Sequence record: PV173775
Source: Escherichia phage GEP001
Length of the DNA: 64,000 nt
Strand: one strand, 5' to 3'
Shown: positions 58,772-64,000 of the stretch, one piece after another
How the letters are laid out: every line of letters begins with the position of its first letter
How positions within the stretch are numbered: position 1 is the first letter of the stretch
Position numbers and translations under genes: made by a program
Notes under the pieces: generated by a model
What the model was told of the DNA's origin: nothing
The model's input: the letters and a program-made list of their open reading frames with translations, nothing else
Database searches by the model: none

Positions 58772-59302
58772 ATGTCGCAAGCACTACAACAAATTTTTAA
58801 CCAAGCAAATACAACTAACTTTGTAGTATCAATACCGCATAGTAATACTACATCTGCTTTTACTTTAAATGCTCAGTCAGTTCCTATTCCAGGAATTAGA
58901 ATACCTGTTACTGATACCGTGACTGGGCCGTTTGGACTAGGCAGAGCGCAACGTCCAGGAGTTACATTTGAGTACGACCCACTCATTGTGAGATTTATAG
59001 TTGATGAAGAGCTTAAGTCGTGGATAGGAATGTATGAATGGATGCTAGGAACTAGTAACTATCTTACGGGTGAAAATACTGCCCAAAAAACAGGTCCTGA
59101 ATACATTACGCTTTACATTTTAGATAATAGTAAAACTGAAATCGTGATGTCAATAAATTTTTATAAGCCTTGGGTTTCTGACCTGTCTGAAGTAGAATTT
59201 AGCTACACGGAAGATTCAGACCCAGCTTTAGTATGTACAGCAACGATTCCTTATACGTATTTTCAAGTAGAAAAAGATGGTAAAATTATAGCAGAAGTTT
59301 AA
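58772..59302 (+). CDS. 3: tail completion and sheath stabiliser
   Basis: ORF-track entry 58691-59302 trimmed to ATG 58772 after GAGGA ribosome-binding site (MSQALQQIFNQANTTNF...), 176 aa as T4 gp3. Confidence 0.85.
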   Translation: MSQALQQIFNQANTTNFVVSIPHSNTTSAFTLNAQSVPIPGIRIPVTDTVTGPFGLGRAQRPGVTFEYDPLIVRFIVDEELKSWIGMYEWMLGTSNYLTGENTAQKTGPEYITLYILDNSKTEIVMSINFYKPWVSDLSEVEFSYTEDSDPALVCTATIPYTYFQVEKDGKIIAEV

Positions 59303-59351
59303 TGCTTCAGTTTCATGTGTTATAATCTTAACTAAATTTGAGGAGAAACAT

Positions 59352-60076
59352 ATGAAACTAATCTTTTTAAGTGGTGTAAAGCGTAGTGGAAAAGATACTA
59401 CCGCAGATTTTATCATGAATAATTATTCTGCAGTTAAATATCAACTTGCTGGTCCTATTAAGGATGCATTGGCTTATGCATGGGGCGTATTTGCAGCAAA
59501 CACTGACTATCCTTGCTTAACTCGTAAAGAGTTTGAAGGAATTGACTATGATCGTGAGACTAATTTAAATCTGACTAAATTAGAAGTAATTACGATTATG
59601 GAACAAGCATTTTGCTATCTTAATAGTAAAAGCCCAATTAAAGGTGTGTTTGTTTTTGATGACGAAGGAAAGGAATCAGTTACTTTCGTAGCATTTAACA
59701 AGATTGCTGACGTTATAAATAATATTGAAGATCAATGGTCAGTCCGTCGTCTGATGCAAGCCCTAGGTACGGATTTGATTGTTAATAACTTCGACCGCAT
59801 GTATTGGGTAAAATTATTTGCTTTAGATTATCTTGATAAATTTAACTCAGGTTATGATTATTATATCGTTCCTGATACTCGTCAAGATCATGAAATGGAT
59901 GCGGCTAGGGCGATGGGTGCTACAGTAATTCATGTAGTTCGTCCTGGTCAAAAATCCAATGATACTCATATTACAGAAGCTGGATTGCCAATTCGTGATG
60001 GTGATTTAGTAATTACAAACGATGGTTCTCTTGAAGAACTTTTTTCTAAAATTAAAAATACACTAAAGGTACTATA

Positions 60077-60077
<1 letters not shown>
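59352..60077 (+). CDS. 1: deoxynucleoside monophosphate kinase
   Basis: 241 aa; P-loop GVKRSGKDT in translation. Confidence 0.93.
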
Positions 60078-60774
<697 letters not shown>

Positions 60775-60786
60775 TTTCACAAAGTT

Positions 60787-60816
60787 GTTTACACGCTGAT
60801 GAGGTAGTGATACTAT
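60787..60816 (+). promoter_or_regulatory. early-type promoter (CACAAAGTTGTTTACA ... TACTAT) for ipI
   Basis: GTTTAC 60787-60792, TACTAT 60811-60816. Confidence 0.65.
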
Positions 60817-60846
60817 TATCTCATCAAAATTAATTAGGAAAATAAA

Positions 60847-61134
60847 ATGAAAACATTTAAAGAATTTACTTCTACAACTACCCCGGTTTCTACCATTACC
60901 GAAGCTACTCTTACTTCTGAAGTTATTAAAGCAAATAAAGGACGAGAAGGTAAACCAATGATTAGTCTGGTTGATGGCGAAGAAATCAAAGGTACTGTTT
61001 ACCTAGGCGATGGGTGGTCTGCTAAAAAGGATGGTGCTACAATCGTTATCTCTCCTGCTGAAGAAACTGCGTTGTTTAAAGCTAAACATATTTCTGCGGC
61101 ACATCTCAAGATTATTGCTAAAAATCTTTTGTAA
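60847..61134 (+). CDS. ipI: internal protein I (packaged, injected; anti-restriction in T4)
   Basis: 95 aa; MKTFKEFTSTTTPVSTITEATL... recognised from memory; early promoter 60787-60816. Confidence 0.88.
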   Translation: MKTFKEFTSTTTPVSTITEATLTSEVIKANKGREGKPMISLVDGEEIKGTVYLGDGWSAKKDGATIVISPAEETALFKAKHISAAHLKIIAKNLL

Positions 61135-61152
61135 TAAATATTTCACAAAGTT

Positions 61153-61182
61153 GTTTACATAGGGTTTTAGTTGTGATACTAT
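61153..61182 (+). promoter_or_regulatory. early-type promoter (CACAAAGTTGTTTACA ... TACTAT)
   Basis: GTTTAC 61153-61158, TACTAT 61177-61182; upstream half identical to the ipI promoter. Confidence 0.65.
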
Positions 61183-61210
61183 TACCCTATCAACTACTGA
61201 GGAGAATAAA

Positions 61211-61396
61211 ATGAAACGTTGTGAATTAATTCGAAATGTTGCTATTGCAATTTCTGCTTCTGCTTTTAGTTTTTCAATGTTTGTTGGATTTATATGCGGA
61301 TTATTGACTACAGCAGAAAACGTTTTTTCACTTGTAGTAGCATTTTTAATTGGTTTAATCGCTATTGTTATGGATAAAATTTCTAAAGGTGAATAG
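61211..61396 (+). CDS. small hydrophobic (probable membrane) protein, 61 aa
   Basis: two hydrophobic stretches (IAISASAFSFSMFVGFICGLL and FSLVVAFLIGLIAIV); early promoter 61153-61182; GGAGAA ribosome-binding site. Confidence 0.6.
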   Translation: MKRCELIRNVAIAISASAFSFSMFVGFICGLLTTAENVFSLVVAFLIGLIAIVMDKISKGE

Positions 61397-61397
61397 A

Positions 61398-61781
61398 ATG
61401 TATAAAGTGTACGCGGATTATCAGGCTAATCCATCTAAAAAGCCAAGCTGTCAAATAGGATGGGCTCATGATACTTTGCTTGAAGCAGTAGATGCTGCTC
61501 AAAAATTGGGATATAAATATGTAGAGATTGTTCAACTTCCATCAGGAACAGTTATTACTCTCGAAGAGTTTAATAATATTAAATCAAACTTTTTACTTTT
61601 TGCAGGTGATAATTATTATCCTCGTGGTGGATATGCTGATTTAATCGCGAAAGCCGCTACCGAAGATGAACTTCGTGATATTATTAAAGAAAATGAAAAT
61701 AAACCGATGTATGGTTCTAATCGCTTTGATTGGTGGCAAATCGTAAATGCCCATACTCATACTATTGTTGATGAAGGCTGA
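61398..61781 (+). CDS. hypothetical protein, 127 aa
   Basis: ORF-track start 61365 is TTG inside upstream gene; ATG 61398 follows AAGGTG ribosome-binding site. Confidence 0.55.
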   Translation: MYKVYADYQANPSKKPSCQIGWAHDTLLEAVDAAQKLGYKYVEIVQLPSGTVITLEEFNNIKSNFLLFAGDNYYPRGGYADLIAKAATEDELRDIIKENENKPMYGSNRFDWWQIVNAHTHTIVDEG

Positions 61782-61783
61782 TA

Positions 61784-62089
61784 ATGATTCTTTATGCGAA
61801 AGTATCGTCCATTGAAAATGGATATAAATATGATCAAGAAGCAGCTAAAGCCTTGATTGATGATTATGGCATTTTAACGTGTTTTGAAGTTGAAAAGGTT
61901 TACATTGACCGTTCATCTTCTCAAGTTAAATTAGTGAAGGAAGACCGTAAATTTAATACAGTAAATTTTGATTTCTTTATTGAAACAGAAAAAGGTCCTC
62001 TTGAATATGATATTTTCAAGAATCCTTTGGGTCTTGAATGTATTAAATATACTTACATTAATATGGTGAACAAATGTATATTCGTTTAG
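61784..62089 (+). CDS. hypothetical protein, 101 aa
   Basis: ATG 2 nt after upstream stop. Confidence 0.55.
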   Translation: MILYAKVSSIENGYKYDQEAAKALIDDYGILTCFEVEKVYIDRSSSQVKLVKEDRKFNTVNFDFFIETEKGPLEYDIFKNPLGLECIKYTYINMVNKCIFV

Positions 62090-62589
62090 GCAGCACAATT
62101 CCTAAGGGTTACGTAATTGATGTCACTACCTGGGAAAATGATGGTGACAACTATAAAACAAAAACTCTGTTTGGCGTAGAAGAGCATGAGCTCCAACAAT
62201 TTAAATATCTCTTGAAGAAGTTTAAGAGTCGTCATTCTAGTACCAAAGTTGAACGTTATTGTGGTAATGGTTTGTTCAGCGAGCAAGAGCTTTTTATATA
62301 TGAATATTTGGTTGAAGGACTGTTCTCAGACCAACTTTATCCAGAATTCATTAAAAAGGTCTTTGACATAGAAGTTGACCTTGGTAATAAATCCGAAGAA
62401 GATGAAGAACGTGTATTTGACTTATTCTTTGTGAATGGTAATAAGATATCTGAAGGCCTCATTGATATTCTTGGTCATGCTTCTGAATACTATGAATATG
62501 ATTTCTTGCGTGTAGTTGAACATGTAGAATTTGCTTATATCGAAGAAGAAATTGTTTTGCCGACTGTTAAAATGGTTGATTTGCTTTAA
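62074..62589 (+). CDS. hypothetical protein, 171 aa
   Basis: overlaps upstream ORF by 16 nt; stop overlaps MotA-box promoter of the tRNA cluster. Confidence 0.55.
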   Translation: MYIRLGSTIPKGYVIDVTTWENDGDNYKTKTLFGVEEHELQQFKYLLKKFKSRHSSTKVERYCGNGLFSEQELFIYEYLVEGLFSDQLYPEFIKKVFDIEVDLGNKSEEDEERVFDLFFVNGNKISEGLIDILGHASEYYEYDFLRVVEHVEFAYIEEEIVLPTVKMVDLL

Positions 62590-62606
62590 GAATTATTTGT
62601 TATTAT
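62580..62606 (+). promoter_or_regulatory. middle promoter (MotA box TTTGCTTTA + -10 TATTAT) ahead of the tRNA cluster
   Basis: MotA box 62580-62588, 12-nt spacer, TATTAT 62601-62606; duplicate of the gene 31 promoter. Confidence 0.6.
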
Positions 62607-62675
62607 TAACTCATATCGCACTGATTAATACCCTCTATCATCAAGGGTTCTTATTTGAGAGCCTTTGTTAATAAT

Positions 62676-62748
62676 TGGGAATTAGCCAAGTTGGTAAGGC
62701 ACTGGATTTTGATTCCAGGATGCAAAGGTTCGAGTCCTTTATTCCCAG
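62676..62748 (+). tRNA. tRNA-Gln (anticodon UUG)
   Basis: Hand-folded: acceptor TGGGAAT/ATTCCCA, anticodon stem CTGGA/TCCAG, loop TTTTGAT; CCA not encoded. Confidence 0.85.
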
Positions 62749-62749
62749 C

Positions 62750-62836
62750 GCGAGAATGGTCAAATTGGTAAAGGCACAGCACTTAAAATGCTGCGGAATG
62801 ATTTCCTTGTGGGTTCGAGTCCCACTTCTCGCACCA
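62750..62836 (+). tRNA. tRNA-Leu (anticodon UAA), long variable arm
   Basis: acceptor GCGAGAA/TTCTCGC, anticodon stem CAGCA/TGCTG, loop CTTAAAA; encoded CCA. Confidence 0.85.
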
Positions 62837-62841
62837 AATTT

Positions 62842-62915
<74 letters not shown>

Positions 62916-62925
62916 ATTTAATTTA

Positions 62926-62999
62926 CTCCGTGTAGCTCAGTTTGGTAGAGCGTCTGCTTTGGGAGCAGAATGTCGTAGGTTCAAATCCTGCTACGGAGA
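62926..62999 (+). tRNA. tRNA-Pro (anticodon UGG)
   Basis: acceptor CTCCGTG/TACGGAG (one G-U), anticodon stem TCTGC/GCAGA, loop TTTGGGA; CCA not encoded. Confidence 0.8.
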
Positions 63000-63001
63000 C
63001 T

Positions 63002-63091
63002 GGAGGCGTGGCAGAGTGGTTTAATGCACCGGTCTTGAAAACCGGCAGTCGCTCCGGCGACTCATAGGTTCAAATCCTATCGCCTCCGCCA
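63002..63091 (+). tRNA. tRNA-Ser (anticodon UGA), long variable arm
   Basis: acceptor GGAGGCG/CGCCTCC, anticodon stem CCGGT/ACCGG, loop CTTGAAA; encoded CCA. Confidence 0.85.
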
Positions 63092-63097
63092 GTTTTT

Positions 63098-63173
63098 GCT
63101 GATTTAGCTCAGTAGGTAGAGCACCTCACTTGTAATGAGGACGTCGGCGGTTCGATTCCGTCAATCAGCACCA
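63098..63173 (+). tRNA. tRNA-Thr (anticodon UGU)
   Basis: acceptor GCTGATT/AATCAGC, anticodon stem CCTCA/TGAGG, loop CTTGTAA; encoded CCA. Confidence 0.85.
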
Positions 63174-63174
63174 A

Positions 63175-63249
63175 GGCCCTGTAGCTGGAAGGTTCAAGCA
63201 AGCGACTCATAATCGCCAGATGGTGGTTCAATTCCACCCAGGGCCACCA
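63175..63249 (+). tRNA. tRNA with CAU anticodon (Met by anticodon; may be lysidine-type Ile reading AUA)
   Basis: acceptor GGCCCTG/CAGGGCC, T-arm GGTGG-TTCAATT-CCACC, anticodon loop CTCATAA; top anticodon-stem pair is A/C. Confidence 0.75.
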
Positions 63250-63258
63250 AATTAATTT

Positions 63259-63345
63259 GGGGAGTTATCCCGTAGAGGTAGCGGTGTGGACTGTAAATTC
63301 ATTGTCATTGCGACTCGGGTGGTTCGACTCCATCACTCCCCACCA
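63259..63345 (+). tRNA. tRNA-like gene, probably tRNA-Tyr (anticodon GUA), long variable arm, non-canonical D-arm
   Basis: 7-bp acceptor GGGGAGT/ACTCCCC + A + CCA, T-arm GGTGG-TTCGACT-CCATC, loop CTGTAAA flanked by GTGGA/TTCAT (two G-U pairs); D-arm does not fold canonically by hand. Confidence 0.55.
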
Positions 63346-63349
63346 ATTT

Positions 63350-63424
63350 GGATGTGTAGCTCAATGGCAGAGCGATCGCCTGTTAAGCGATTGGTTATAG
63401 GTTCGAATCCTATCACGTCCGCCA
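63350..63424 (+). tRNA. tRNA-Asn (anticodon GUU)
   Basis: clean cloverleaf: acceptor GGATGTG/CACGTCC, D-stem GCTC/GAGC, anticodon stem ATCGC/GCGAT, loop CTGTTAA, T-arm ATAGG-TTCGAAT-CCTAT; encoded CCA. Confidence 0.85.
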
Positions 63425-63428
63425 AATC

Positions 63429-63504
63429 CGAGGCATAGCTCAGAAGGAAGAGCAAGGACCTTCTAAGTCCTAGGTCGTAGGTTCGATCCCTACTGCCTCG
63501 ACCA
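63429..63504 (+). tRNA. tRNA-Arg (anticodon UCU)
   Basis: acceptor CGAGGCA/TGCCTCG, D-stem GCTC/GAGC, anticodon stem AGGAC/GTCCT, loop CTTCTAA; encoded CCA. Confidence 0.85.
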
Positions 63505-63520
63505 ATTAAGTGAGGAAAAT

Positions 63521-63871
63521 ATGAAAGGTAATGTTTATTTAGTAGTTCATGATTTAACATTCTATTTTAATCACAATGACACTGTTATTTCTGAACGTGT
63601 AATTAATTTACTTTATCAGCACGCAGATTATGTTTATGTCGAAAACGAATATGGTCATTGGCAATTTCTCAAAAATCGTTCATTTGGTTTAGATGGTTAC
63701 GAATACTTTGAACGTAAAGACCTTTTAGATAAAATTCCGTTATCTACACAATATCAAAATCATAAGTCTTTACATAAATGCCGTCAAATTCGAAATGCTG
63801 AATCTGCGTATGAAGCAATTGATTTATGGCGTAAACGTCGTGAACAGATTGATGCATTAAAAGAATATTAA
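63521..63871 (+). CDS. hypothetical protein, 116 aa
   Basis: GAGGAAAA ribosome-binding site upstream of ATG 63521, immediately after tRNA-Arg. Confidence 0.55.
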   Translation: MKGNVYLVVHDLTFYFNHNDTVISERVINLLYQHADYVYVENEYGHWQFLKNRSFGLDGYEYFERKDLLDKIPLSTQYQNHKSLHKCRQIRNAESAYEAIDLWRKRREQIDALKEY

Positions 63872-64000
63872 GAAGCCGGGTCGCTACCGGTAAGTCGTCG
63901 GACTGATGTTCCCTGGAGTATAGTTTCTCCCACAGTTTTACTGTGTTCTGATTCTTTACTATCACAGCAGAAACGGCGCACAGAATTATCGATTCGAGGA

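Noticed and set aside
63333-63560. - strand 75-aa ORF
   Set aside because: Overlaps the Tyr-like, Asn and Arg tRNA genes and begins inside a + strand CDS; artefact.

Overview
This window is a contiguous segment of a T4-like (T-even, Tequatrovirus-type) myovirus genome, in reverse-complement orientation relative to the usual T4 map. All gene identities below rest on my recall of T4 protein sequences, lengths and gene order plus motifs visible in the translations; no database search was run. Left to right: the 3' end of pseT, a chain of small early ORFs, cd, gene 31, rIII, nine small ORFs, DNA ligase (30), two tandem Alt-type ADP-ribosyltransferase genes, baseplate hub genes 54-48-29-28-27-51 (- strand) and 26-25 (+), uvsY/uvsW, inh-hoc-rnlB, the head module 24-23-22-21-68-67-20, tail 19-18, terminase 17-16, neck 15-14-13, wac, baseplate/fibre genes 12 to 5 and 53, then 4-2-3-1-57A-57B-ipI, four small ORFs and a ten-gene tRNA cluster. 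Promoters of the three T4 classes (early GTTTAC-N18-TAnTAT, middle MotA-box, late TATAAATA) and several hairpin terminators are readable directly. I found no homing endonuclease genes, introns, CRISPR arrays or transposons. The most notable points are: a tandem pair of full-length Alt-type genes with unrelated central domains; a self-contained promoter-ORF-terminator cassette between the gene 24 and gene 23 head genes; a second such cassette beside the Alt pair; a tRNA set that includes Tyr and Asn; and a 28-nt middle promoter present in two identical copies. Six ORF-track entries begin at TTG and were trimmed to the first in-frame ATG, which restores the T4 lengths.
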